In this document: one piece after another, positions 1-9,410 of the stretch | How the letters are laid out: the number at the start of each line of letters is the position of its first letter | How positions within the stretch are numbered: the stretch's first letter is position 1 | Assembly: GCA_029932585.1 (NCBI GenBank) | Contig: JAOZPU010000003.1 | Span: 1 to 57,578 of the forward strand | DNA: 57,578 nucleotides | Direction: 5' to 3' | Origin: Spirochaetia bacterium | GTDB lineage: Bacteria > Spirochaetota > Spirochaetia > B11-G9 | Position numbers and translations under genes: made by a program | Notes under the pieces: model-generated | What the model saw: only the letters and a program-made list of their open reading frames with translations | The model's database searches: none | What the model was told of the DNA's origin: nothing

Positions 1-326
1 TTGACTGCGTTTATGCTACAAGAATAGCAAGAAACGGCACTGTTTTTACAAAAAAAGGTCTTGTCCCTTTAAAAAAAGCTGTCCATGCATTGGATGATGG
101 GCCAATCGAAGAAGGTTGTACATGTAGAGCATGTACTCAGTACTCCAGGGGATATTTAAGACATTTGTTTAAAAGTAATGAAATACTGGGTCCTATGCTT
201 GCAACTGAACATAATCTAAATTTCCTTTACAGTTTTGTTGAGGATATACGAAATAATATTGAAAGAAATACATTTTCTGAATTTAAATCTGAATTTTTAA
301 GCAATTATGCTTCAAAAAAATCATAA
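1..326 (+). CDS. tgt: queuine tRNA-ribosyltransferase, C-terminal part (5' end outside window)
   Basis: The frame is open from the window edge (codons start at nt 3). The translation DCVYATRIARNGTVFTKKG...GCTCRACTQYSRGYLRHL shows the Tgt Zn-site pattern CxCxxC...H and the C-terminal helices. The stop is TAA at 324-326. Confidence 0.85.
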   Translation, partial: DCVYATRIARNGTVFTKKGLVPLKKAVHALDDGPIEEGCTCRACTQYSRGYLRHLFKSNEILGPMLATEHNLNFLYSFVEDIRNNIERNTFSEFKSEFLSNYASKKS

Positions 327-1895
327 ATGGATAAAGAAAAGGATCTAAATAAAAGTTCGGTTTCCACTTTTGTTGTAATGGGCAGTACATTTATCTCAAG
401 AATACTTGGTTTTTTAAGAACGGCTGTTATTTCATATGTTTTTGGTGCTTCAGGAACTGCGGATGTAATAAATTTAACATTTGCCATTCCAAATAACCTT
501 CGAAAATTAATGGCTGAAGGGGCACTTTCTGCTGCTTTTATTCCTGTAATTACAGAAACAATTGAAATAGACAAAAAAAACAAATCAAATTCAACTCAAA
601 AAGTATTTAGTAATCTTTTAGGATTTCAACTAATTATAATTTTACCTTTCAGTGCATTAGCTATTATATTTGCAAGACCTTTAATGACAAATATTTTAAC
701 ACAATTTAAAAACCCTGAACAAATTGAGCTTTCTATATCTCTGTTTAGGTTTTTTATTAATTATCTTTTATTTATTTCTGTTAGTGCTGTTATAATGGGT
801 TTATTAAACAGTTTAAATCATTTTTTCATACCTGCACTTACTCCAATCCTTTTTTCCATATCTGTTTTAGTCTCTATTTTATTATTGCATAACATAATTG
901 GTGTATATTCTATGGCAGTTGGTGTACTTTTAGGAGGAATTGCACAGGTTGTATTTCAATATCCTAAAGTCAGACAATCCGGTTATAACTTACTACCAAA
1001 TTTCTCTTTTAAGAATGCATATTTTTCAAGAATAATGAAACAATGGTTACCTGTAGTAATAACTTCTTCTCTTTTTACAATTAATCAACAAATTGCCTTT
1101 TTGTTTTCATCGGGCCTTGAACATGGCAGCACTTCAGCTTTGGTAAATGCACTTGTATTCTGGCAATTACCTTTTGGTATTTTTTCTGCTTCTATTACAA
1201 CTGTTTTATTTCCAAGAATGAGTAGGCAATCTATACAAGAAGATACTGAAGGACTAAGATCAACTTTAAATTATGGAATACGTTTATTATTCTCATTACT
1301 AATTCCCTCTGCCATTTTTTATCTTTTCTTTGGAAAAATTATAATTGCAACAGCGCTTCAAAGAGGGATGTTTACTGCCGAGAATACTATAATGACTCAT
1401 TATGTTTTAAAAGCTTACAGCCTCGGTCTTTTTAGTATTGGAGGATTTAATTTTCTCCAAAGATACTTCTATTCAAGACGAAAATATTATATTCCTTTTT
1501 TCACAGCCATAATTGTATGTATTTTAGATATCATTTTATCAGTGATATTAAAAGAAACTTATCTGCAGGTTTCAGGATTAGCACTTGCAAATTCAATTTC
1601 CTTTACTATTGGTTTTTTTATTTTATTATTTCTAAGTCGTAAATCCTTAAAATTTATTAATGGATTATTTTTATTAAGTACAATGGGAAAGGTTTTTATA
1701 TCTGTATTACCTGCTTCAATTTTCTCATTCTTTTTAGTTAAATTTATAGGTGCTAACTGGATTAGTTTTTCAGCAGTTTTTAACCTATTAATTATAATAT
1801 TAGTTGTATTTGTATGGCTTGTTTTGACATTATTTATGTATAAACTTACTAAACTTGAAGTTATAGATTTTATTTTAAAAAGGAAAAGGACCTAA
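327..1895 (+). CDS. murJ: lipid II flippase MurJ/MviN
   Basis: A 522-aa polytopic membrane protein. The N-terminus STFISRILGFLRTAVISYVFGASGTADV..LRKLMAEGALSAAFIPV is typical of MurJ. The ATG directly follows the tgt stop. Confidence 0.85.
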   Translation: MDKEKDLNKSSVSTFVVMGSTFISRILGFLRTAVISYVFGASGTADVINLTFAIPNNLRKLMAEGALSAAFIPVITETIEIDKKNKSNSTQKVFSNLLGFQLIIILPFSALAIIFARPLMTNILTQFKNPEQIELSISLFRFFINYLLFISVSAVIMGLLNSLNHFFIPALTPILFSISVLVSILLLHNIIGVYSMAVGVLLGGIAQVVFQYPKVRQSGYNLLPNFSFKNAYFSRIMKQWLPVVITSSLFTINQQIAFLFSSGLEHGSTSALVNALVFWQLPFGIFSASITTVLFPRMSRQSIQEDTEGLRSTLNYGIRLLFSLLIPSAIFYLFFGKIIIATALQRGMFTAENTIMTHYVLKAYSLGLFSIGGFNFLQRYFYSRRKYYIPFFTAIIVCILDIILSVILKETYLQVSGLALANSISFTIGFFILLFLSRKSLKFINGLFLLSTMGKVFISVLPASIFSFFLVKFIGANWISFSAVFNLLIIILVVFVWLVLTLFMYKLTKLEVIDFILKRKRT

Positions 1896-1896
1896 T

Positions 1897-3261
1897 ATGA
1901 GTAATTTTAAATTATTTTTAACAATATTTATTTTATTTATTCTCATATCTACTATTTTTCCAGAAGATAATAAACCAGAAGAAATTAAAGAAGACATTAA
2001 ATCACTAAAAGATGAAAGACTTGAAACAATTCAATATGGTATAGATACTCAAGTAATTGATTTATTAAAAATTCTGGAAACAGAGAAAAATTATGAATTT
2101 AACAGTGATCTTCTTGAATTGTTAAAATCATCAACAAACTCCCGCTTAGATCAAAACATCATTGGATTATTTCAAAAAGCTGAAGATGATTCAGCAGTAG
2201 AATATGCCTACAAGCAGTTAGAGGAGGATTATAATTTAAGAGATAATATAAAAGTTGTTTATTTAAATTATATTTCAAAGTATCAGACTACTGAAATATC
2301 CGAATATTTGTTAAGTTTAATTGATGTAGAAAGCAATGCAATTTCTATAGCAGCTATAACGGCATTGGGTCTTTCCGAACTTGACAATATTATTCCAACA
2401 CTTATTGAATATTTGGAAGATAGTCTTTTTGATTCCTTGAGAAAACCCTCTATAATTGAAAGTCTTGGTAAATTAAAAGCTACAGAGGCTATTGAGATTT
2501 TATCTGATATTGCTACTGATATTTACAGTGATGATAAATCTTTGAGATGGAGAGCTGTTGTTGCACTGGGAGATATTGGATCTCCTGAAAGTCTTCCTGT
2601 TCTTAAATCTTTATACTCTGATGATGATCCAAATCTTCGAAATAATACCATAACGGCATTGAAAAACTATCCTACAGAAGAAGTAACTAATCTTTTAATT
2701 CAAGGCCTTAAAGACTCATTTTGGAAGGTTAGAGTCAATGCAGCAACAAGTTTAGGTGAATTGAAAATTAAAAAGGCTGTACCCATTTTAATTTATAAAT
2801 CTGAAAACGATCCTGATACAAGAAATGTAAAATCGGCATCTCTAACTGCACTTGGAGAAATTGGCGGAACTAAAGCATTTGATTTTATACGAAAATTATA
2901 TCAAAATGAAAGAGCGGATATTGGTCTTAGAAGTATCGCTATTGGTATTTTAGCTGAGAAAGATCTTTCTCATTCGTTAAAAACAATTGAAAAGGTTATG
3001 GAAGATGAATGGGGAAAAGATAAGCCTTTAATTTTAGATTATACATGTAAAGTTCTATCTACAACTAAAAGTTCATCTCTAAAAGATCTTTATTCCAAAA
3101 TGCTTTTGTATGAAGAATCTATAAACTTAAAATTGTATGCTTTAAGAGGAATTATGTTGAACTCTATATCATCTATGAAACCGGAAGTTGAAAAATTCAC
3201 GACAGAAGAGAGTCAAGGCAATGTTAAAAAACTTGCACTTGATGTACTTAAAAGTCTTTAA
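1897..3261 (+). CDS. HEAT-repeat (PBS-lyase-like) protein with N-terminal signal/anchor
   Basis: 454 aa with a hydrophobic N-terminus (FLTIFILFILISTIF). Repeated ~30-aa units follow, such as LRWRAVVALGDIGSPESLPVL and VRVNAATSLGELKIKKAVPIL. The start is 1 nt after the murJ stop. Confidence 0.6.
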   Translation: MSNFKLFLTIFILFILISTIFPEDNKPEEIKEDIKSLKDERLETIQYGIDTQVIDLLKILETEKNYEFNSDLLELLKSSTNSRLDQNIIGLFQKAEDDSAVEYAYKQLEEDYNLRDNIKVVYLNYISKYQTTEISEYLLSLIDVESNAISIAAITALGLSELDNIIPTLIEYLEDSLFDSLRKPSIIESLGKLKATEAIEILSDIATDIYSDDKSLRWRAVVALGDIGSPESLPVLKSLYSDDDPNLRNNTITALKNYPTEEVTNLLIQGLKDSFWKVRVNAATSLGELKIKKAVPILIYKSENDPDTRNVKSASLTALGEIGGTKAFDFIRKLYQNERADIGLRSIAIGILAEKDLSHSLKTIEKVMEDEWGKDKPLILDYTCKVLSTTKSSSLKDLYSKMLLYEESINLKLYALRGIMLNSISSMKPEVEKFTTEESQGNVKKLALDVLKSL

Positions 3262-4868
3262 TACCTAAAATCAGGTAATCCGCTTTTGTCTAACAAATGC
3301 ATAATTCTGTTTAGACGGTCAACAGGAGAAATCCATTCATTAAATACGATAGAAGTTTCTATTCCATTATTATTAATTACTTTAATTGGAATAGAAAGAC
3401 AGTTTGTAAGCTTGTTCCCCTTTAAATCTGGGAAAAAATCCTCAGATTTAGGAACAAAACTAACAATTCCTTCTTCCATAACTATTTCACCTATTCGTTT
3501 TCCAGTAGCAATAATAAAAATTAAAAAATATTCTGATCCTGCACCACCAACAGAAAGGGGATGTGCTTCTCCAATTATATGTATATTTCGATGTCCAACT
3601 TGTCTATTTTGATTTTTAACAATCATTTCAATTGCAATTTGACCAGATTTTTTTTCTGAATCAATATTTCTATATTTTTTAGAAGTTTTAGGTGTACCAA
3701 AAGAATCTTGTTTAAAACCTTCAGAACCGCTCTTTTTATTTGTATGGACATTAGAAAAGGTAAAACTTTTAAAAATATTTACCAATATATATATTACAGC
3801 AATCAAAAGTACTATTCCAATAAAAATATATAAAAATATTCTTGTATTAATCTCTTTTTTTATACTTGAAATTTGTGGGTCAAAAGAAAATTCTAATTTT
3901 CCTTTACGGGGATAAGCCCTAAGATTGTCATTGAAATAAAGCTCAATGGGGATATTATAGTTTCCCTTTTCAATTTTATTTGACAATTTTAAAATTAAAG
4001 TAACAGTTTTTGTCTCCTCTGAGTCTAATTCAACACTGGTGGGTTCCTGAAAAAGCATACCCTCAGGAGAATTTATACCAGTTAATTTTAATAACACAGA
4101 TTCGTTAGAATGATTAATAAATTCAAATACAGCTTTAAAACTGAGACCAACTGCTCCAATATTATCTGGGTAAATAATTTCAGGAGCAAGGGTTATATCA
4201 AAAGAATCAATACCTTCATCTCCATTAATTGTAATAACAGGTTTATCCAGAGTTTCTGCTATTTTAGGAAGCATACTAATTACGTTTACATTGGTGCTGG
4301 GGTCTGAAGAAACGCCGTTAGTCGTTTTGGTATCTGTAATTTCATTATTTTGTATAGGAAACTGAACCAGGGAGACGTCCCATCCCTGCCTTCTCATATT
4401 TTCGGCTATTTTAACTATATTATCACTATTTTTTGAAGATACAGGAAAGGGGCTGCCAGGAGGAGGATCGTGAATACCATCCGTAAGTATTAAAATTCTT
4501 TTAATGGTGTTCAGTTGAAGTTCTTCCGTATATTCATATAAATAAGAAAAAGCGGAGATTAAGTCCGTATATTTACCAATCGGCTGTAAGAGTAAAATTC
4601 TATTTAAAATTTCTTCAATCTCTTTCTCAGTTTTAATAGTTCTTGAAATTTCATATTCAGGATAATCGTTAAAACTTAAAAGATGAAAAGTATCACCTTC
4701 TTCAAGTTGTTGTTCTATAATATCCCTGATTAAATAATCTATTGTACCTGAATAATAGGGGAACATACTCTCTGAAGTATCCAGAAGTACAATGTTATCT
4801 ATTTGTTCAGATACAATAAATTGTATTGTAATCAAAAACATTACAGTTATTATTAAAGACTTTTTCAT
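3258..4868 (-). CDS. von Willebrand factor A domain membrane protein (signal peptide, vWA, beta-sandwich-like region, TM, cytoplasmic C-domain)
   Basis: The MIDAS motif DTSES (VLLDTSESM) and ILILTDG are present. A TM helix lies at aa ~344-366 (IFLYIFIGIVLLIAVIYILVNIF). The 125-aa C-terminal domain is of unclear family. Confidence 0.65.
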   Translation of the reverse strand: MKKSLIITVMFLITIQFIVSEQIDNIVLLDTSESMFPYYSGTIDYLIRDIIEQQLEEGDTFHLLSFNDYPEYEISRTIKTEKEIEEILNRILLLQPIGKYTDLISAFSYLYEYTEELQLNTIKRILILTDGIHDPPPGSPFPVSSKNSDNIVKIAENMRRQGWDVSLVQFPIQNNEITDTKTTNGVSSDPSTNVNVISMLPKIAETLDKPVITINGDEGIDSFDITLAPEIIYPDNIGAVGLSFKAVFEFINHSNESVLLKLTGINSPEGMLFQEPTSVELDSEETKTVTLILKLSNKIEKGNYNIPIELYFNDNLRAYPRKGKLEFSFDPQISSIKKEINTRIFLYIFIGIVLLIAVIYILVNIFKSFTFSNVHTNKKSGSEGFKQDSFGTPKTSKKYRNIDSEKKSGQIAIEMIVKNQNRQVGHRNIHIIGEAHPLSVGGAGSEYFLIFIIATGKRIGEIVMEEGIVSFVPKSEDFFPDLKGNKLTNCLSIPIKVINNNGIETSIVFNEWISPVDRLNRIMHLLDKSGLPDFRY

Positions 4869-4899
4869 ATTCTTTCCTCAGTCAATACTAATAATTTTT

Positions 4900-7581
4900 T
4901 TAAAAATCCAGAGCTGTAATACCTTCAACTTTATATTTATAATCTCTTTCATTTATTTCAAAAGAAATTTCATCCCCAACCTTATGTTTCCATAATTTAT
5001 TTCCAAATGGAGAAAGATAAGAGATACAAAAATTAGAAGGATCAGATTCCCAGGGACCAAAAAAGGTAAAAGTTTCCTCTTTGTCTGTTTTTATATTAAG
5101 AAGCTTAACTTCTGTACCAAAAGAAATACTATCCGGATTAACTTCAATTGAATTAAAAATAGAAGCTTTTTCCAAATCTTCTTTAAGTTTACCTACAGCT
5201 GTATTTAATAATTCCTGTTTTTCTTTTCCTGCTTTGTATTCAGCATTCTCTTTCAAGTCTCCCATATCAATGGCAATACCAATTTCCTTTGAGTTTTCCG
5301 GAATTTCAACATCAAGAATATACTGTAGTTTAGCCTGTTTTTCTTCAAAACTTTTTCTGGTTACAATAAGACCTCTGGAAACTTTTTCCTTTTCAACCTG
5401 TCCATGAAATTTGAAACTAGGGAATCTACTAAGTACTGTTGATTTTAGTTCCAGTTTTATAGCCGGATCAAGATCTTTAACATCGTTGATAAGAGAAAAA
5501 ATCCTATTTAACGAATCTTCATCGGCATTTTCAATATGATCAGGAAGGTAATTATCTTTGAAAAGGAAATTTAATATCTGCTTATTAATTTTTCTATTAA
5601 AACTAACTTCCCTTTTATTGTTAATTTCTCTAAAAGAGATATCAAGCAGATGGATCATCCCAATAAGTACTTTTTCAAAAGGGATTCCAAAATCATCAAA
5701 CCATGAATTCTTTTCAGTATTTCTGGCCAACCAAATAAAAGCTTCTCTTTTATCTTTATAATGATAAAGTGCTCTAATATACAGATCCTTCAACAGATCA
5801 ATATATTCTTCCTCTTTGAGTATTTCAATAATAAATTTAGTTAGATGATATGGAAAAAGTTTTACAAATATTTCAGGCCATTCTTTAAAATTTTCTTTAG
5901 TTACTTTAAGAAACTGCAGTCGTAATTCACTATCTTCAATTACTGAAAAAATATTTTCAATATCTTCCATATTATTTAAAAGATCTTTGAACTGAAAAGG
6001 AATTCCAGGATTAAGAAAAGGATATATAGCTACAATATGTGTAATAATTAGATAACTGGATACAGCATATTCATGAGAGTTGGAATCCTCTTTTAAAAAT
6101 CCTGTAAAATAGTTGAACATTTCTCCAAAATATTCAGATTCAGGGTCTGAATTTTCAAGGAATTCTCTAAAAATCTTTAATTTACCAAAATATCCTCTTT
6201 CTGCTTTAAATCGATTGTAAGTTTTTTCATCAAAAGACATTGGTGTGTCCCTAACTACAAAAAAATCTATTTTCTCCGGCACATTTCCAAAAGACGGATC
6301 TGTTTTTAATTGTTTTCTGGCTTCTGTACTCCATGTAGACCATTCGCCTGGAGTTAATATTGAAGGAACAAGTTCCGCTTTAATCTGCTTCATATTCGCA
6401 GCATTATTAAAACTTTTTATTACCATCTTCAAAGCCCACGCAATGTTGCCTTTAACAGCATCATGAAGTTTTTCTTTTGGCCAAACACTCTTTAAAACCC
6501 AAATATGATTCTTTGTTAAACTTGTAAGAGCACTTACAGCCATTTTAAGAGACATTACATGACCTCTTTTCCTGGCAAAATCTATAATTATATTGTCACC
6601 TTTTATCTCTTTTATTAAACCAATACCCCATGTTTTATGAGAAACAAATGTACCTTCATCTACGGAAATATGCTTTTCAAAATCACCGATAGCATCATGA
6701 ACATTACGCCAGCTCTGATTAAGATTAGATAATCTAATATATTCTTCAAGATTACCATGTTCTTTATATAACTGTCTGAAAGATTCTGTTATCTCTCTTC
6801 TTGCTGTTACATTTTTTGGATCATAAAACAATATTCTCTTTAGAATGCTTATACATTTTACCCATTGTTCTCTTTTTTTATGACTTTCATATAGATCTTC
6901 GAGTAGTTGTAGTGCTCGTTCGGGACTGTTTATTTTTGAAACTTTCTTTTCAATATGAAAAAAGAAATCTGTTTCATCCGGAATTAAGGCAACTAATTTA
7001 TGCCAAACTTCTTTTACATTGGAAAATAATTTTTTATTTATGTAACGATGGATAGCTCTCTTATAGTATTCAACAGCAAGATCAATATTTGAGTTAGCTT
7101 CTTCATTCTCAGCAAGTTGTCGAACAATATCTGCTTCTTCATAGTCTACTTTTATAAGTCTCTTCCAAATTTCATTTTTCTTTTCATCTTCATTTTCATG
7201 CTCAAAACATTCTGAAAGGGTGCGGAGAGCAAAAATATTCTCACCATATGACAATATTCTATTACATAAAAATTCAACAATATTCCATTTATGATTATCT
7301 GTAAAAATAGATATTATTTTTATAAGATTTCCATCATCAATGACCTGGCGTTTAATAGATATTATTCCTGAAATATACAGGGCAATAACGCTGTTTCTTG
7401 TGTGAACAAGGTGTTCATCACAGACCTCTTTTATCTGAATAATTACTTCAGGATCTTTAGTACTTTCTATAAGAGTATCAAGATCATTTAAATGGCTTAT
7501 TGTGTAGCTATTTAAAGTTGCTCTTGTCCATTTTTCTTCATTTAAAAGTTCATTTACTTTGTTCACGACTAATTCTGACAT
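4900..7581 (-). CDS. greA: long-form transcription elongation factor GreA (about 735-aa N-terminal extension plus canonical GreA module)
   Basis: The C-terminal ~155 aa contain GDLKENAEYKAGKEKQ (coiled-coil tip with acidic pair) and ISYLSPFGNKLWKHKVGDEI (GreA C-domain). The overall length is similar to the ~900-aa GreA annotated in Borrelia and Treponema, from memory. Confidence 0.8.
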   Translation of the reverse strand: MSELVVNKVNELLNEEKWTRATLNSYTISHLNDLDTLIESTKDPEVIIQIKEVCDEHLVHTRNSVIALYISGIISIKRQVIDDGNLIKIISIFTDNHKWNIVEFLCNRILSYGENIFALRTLSECFEHENEDEKKNEIWKRLIKVDYEEADIVRQLAENEEANSNIDLAVEYYKRAIHRYINKKLFSNVKEVWHKLVALIPDETDFFFHIEKKVSKINSPERALQLLEDLYESHKKREQWVKCISILKRILFYDPKNVTARREITESFRQLYKEHGNLEEYIRLSNLNQSWRNVHDAIGDFEKHISVDEGTFVSHKTWGIGLIKEIKGDNIIIDFARKRGHVMSLKMAVSALTSLTKNHIWVLKSVWPKEKLHDAVKGNIAWALKMVIKSFNNAANMKQIKAELVPSILTPGEWSTWSTEARKQLKTDPSFGNVPEKIDFFVVRDTPMSFDEKTYNRFKAERGYFGKLKIFREFLENSDPESEYFGEMFNYFTGFLKEDSNSHEYAVSSYLIITHIVAIYPFLNPGIPFQFKDLLNNMEDIENIFSVIEDSELRLQFLKVTKENFKEWPEIFVKLFPYHLTKFIIEILKEEEYIDLLKDLYIRALYHYKDKREAFIWLARNTEKNSWFDDFGIPFEKVLIGMIHLLDISFREINNKREVSFNRKINKQILNFLFKDNYLPDHIENADEDSLNRIFSLINDVKDLDPAIKLELKSTVLSRFPSFKFHGQVEKEKVSRGLIVTRKSFEEKQAKLQYILDVEIPENSKEIGIAIDMGDLKENAEYKAGKEKQELLNTAVGKLKEDLEKASIFNSIEVNPDSISFGTEVKLLNIKTDKEETFTFFGPWESDPSNFCISYLSPFGNKLWKHKVGDEISFEINERDYKYKVEGITALDF

Positions 7582-7596
7582 TCCACCTATCCCCGA

Positions 7597-8538
7597 CTAA
7601 TTAATATACTGTTCATAAACCGATTCATCAATAATATGAATCTTCCTTAACACTTCTTCTACCTTATCTCTTGGCTCATTGGTAATAATATAATGATCAA
7701 TTAACCAAAAATAACGGTTTATCAATCTGGGAACCAAAACAGACCTCTCATCTTCTGAATTAGTGTCTGTAATCCTATTTTCCAAAGAAAATATAGATTG
7801 CTTTAATTTACCCAATTCAAGAGGTTTTAGCTCTCGTTTTACATTAAAAATACCCCAAATCACTGCATAAACAGGAATCCATTCCTTAAGCACTATTTCA
7901 GAGTAACCTATAACTCGTAATTTTTCAATAAGCCTGATAATAAGCTCAGACTCAAGAAAATCTATGTTTACATTTTGAGAATTTATAAAAAAAGCTTCTC
8001 TAAAAAAAGCTTTTGCTATACGAGTCTCGTTAATAAAAGCATAACAATCTGCTAGTTCTCCAAGTATTTCAGGATCATCTCTTTTTTTCCGGCTTGCACT
8101 TTCTAAATATTCAAGTGCTTTATCATAATCTCCCATACCTTTATAACACTTACCTATTCTTAGAAGAAGTTCTTCATCACTTGAACCCATATTAGATGAA
8201 GCTGTTAAATAACCCGTAAGTGCAGTTTGAAAAACCCATTGTTTTATTACTGAAACACCCTGTCTAAAGGGGGTATTTATTCTTTTTAGAAAATTTGTAA
8301 ATAATTTCCACTCATTATATAGATACTCACTCTTAGCAAAATTATCTGTACCAAAAGTAACAAGCTGATTAGATCGTTCAATCCAGAATTTAGAACATTT
8401 TAAACCAGCAATTACGTCTTTATTTTCAAAATCTATAGATAAAGCCTTCTCATAGATTTTTTCTGCTTCCTCAAAGCTCCCTTTATGAAAAAGATCATAA
8501 GATCTCAGGATCAATTCTTCTATGTCACTTTCTGTCAC
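7597..8538 (-). CDS. TPR-like helical-repeat protein, function unknown
   Basis: 313 aa with a GTG start preceded by GGAG (8 nt spacer). It has TPR-like segments (GSFEEAEKIYEKALSID; GMGDYDKALEYLESA). It ends 15 nt upstream of greA on the same strand. Confidence 0.45.
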   Translation of the reverse strand: MTESDIEELILRSYDLFHKGSFEEAEKIYEKALSIDFENKDVIAGLKCSKFWIERSNQLVTFGTDNFAKSEYLYNEWKLFTNFLKRINTPFRQGVSVIKQWVFQTALTGYLTASSNMGSSDEELLLRIGKCYKGMGDYDKALEYLESASRKKRDDPEILGELADCYAFINETRIAKAFFREAFFINSQNVNIDFLESELIIRLIEKLRVIGYSEIVLKEWIPVYAVIWGIFNVKRELKPLELGKLKQSIFSLENRITDTNSEDERSVLVPRLINRYFWLIDHYIITNEPRDKVEEVLRKIHIIDESVYEQYIN

Positions 8539-8590
8539 CGCGAAGTCTCCTGATGAACTTATTGATAACCTATTTTAACGCAATATGTCT

Positions 8591-8618
8591 ATTATATCAT
8601 TAAGCTCATAATAGTCAA
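8591..8618 (-). promoter_or_regulatory. candidate sigma-70 promoter with extended -10 (TTGACT-16-TGaTATAAT) for the TPR-like/greA unit
   Basis: The minus strand reads TTGACT (8618-8613), a 16-nt spacer ending in TGA, then TATAAT (8596-8591). This lies ~50 nt upstream of the GTG start at 8538. Confidence 0.45.
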
Positions 8619-8697
8619 TCAAAAGTGGTTTTTCCTTAATTAAACTAAACAGAAAATGTTTGCTTTTTTCATTAAAATCTGGTAATAAGATACTATT

Positions 8698-9363
8698 ATG
8701 AATAGAGAAAAAAAAATTATCTTCGCACCGTCCTTATTATCAGGCAATTTTGCAAATGTAAGTGAATCTATAAAACTCATAGAAGAAGCCAAAGCAGACT
8801 GGGTTCACCTGGATGTAATGGATGGAGTTTTTGTTCCAAACATTACTTTTGGTCACAAAATGGTAAAAGACATTAATAATATTACAAAACTTCCTTTAGA
8901 TGTACACCTTATGACAGTTCATCCGGAAAACCATATTAGTGATTTTGCTGATGCAGGGGCAGATTATATTACCTTTCATCTGGAGGCTGCAGTTCATTCT
9001 CATAGAATTATTCAGCAGATAAAGGAATTAGGTTGTAAAGCTGGTATTTCAATAGTACCCGGAACTCCAGTTACAGCTCTTTCTGAACTTTTACCTTATC
9101 TGGATCTTATTCTTATAATGAGTGTTAATCCGGGATTTGGTGGTCAAAGTCTAATTGAGAAAACCCTTGATAAAATAGAACTTTTAAATACTTTAAAAAA
9201 TAATGCAGGGTATAATTACTTATTATCCATAGATGGTGGTGTTAATAGAGACAATGCCGCTCTTATTAGACAAAAAGGAATTGATGTAATAATTAGCGGT
9301 AGTTCATTCTTTAATTCCGAAATCCCTGAATTTGAAGCAAATTTAATAAGAGGAAACAAATAA
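8698..9363 (+). CDS. rpe: ribulose-phosphate 3-epimerase
   Basis: APSLLSGNF..HLDVMDGVFVPNITFG..HLM..MSVNPGFGGQ..DGGVN is the full Rpe motif set. Confidence 0.9.
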   Translation: MNREKKIIFAPSLLSGNFANVSESIKLIEEAKADWVHLDVMDGVFVPNITFGHKMVKDINNITKLPLDVHLMTVHPENHISDFADAGADYITFHLEAAVHSHRIIQQIKELGCKAGISIVPGTPVTALSELLPYLDLILIMSVNPGFGGQSLIEKTLDKIELLNTLKNNAGYNYLLSIDGGVNRDNAALIRQKGIDVIISGSSFFNSEIPEFEANLIRGNK

Positions 9364-9410
9364 GTTTAGTATATAAAAGGTTATGTCGAAAATAAAACGG
9401 GAGACCTGTT

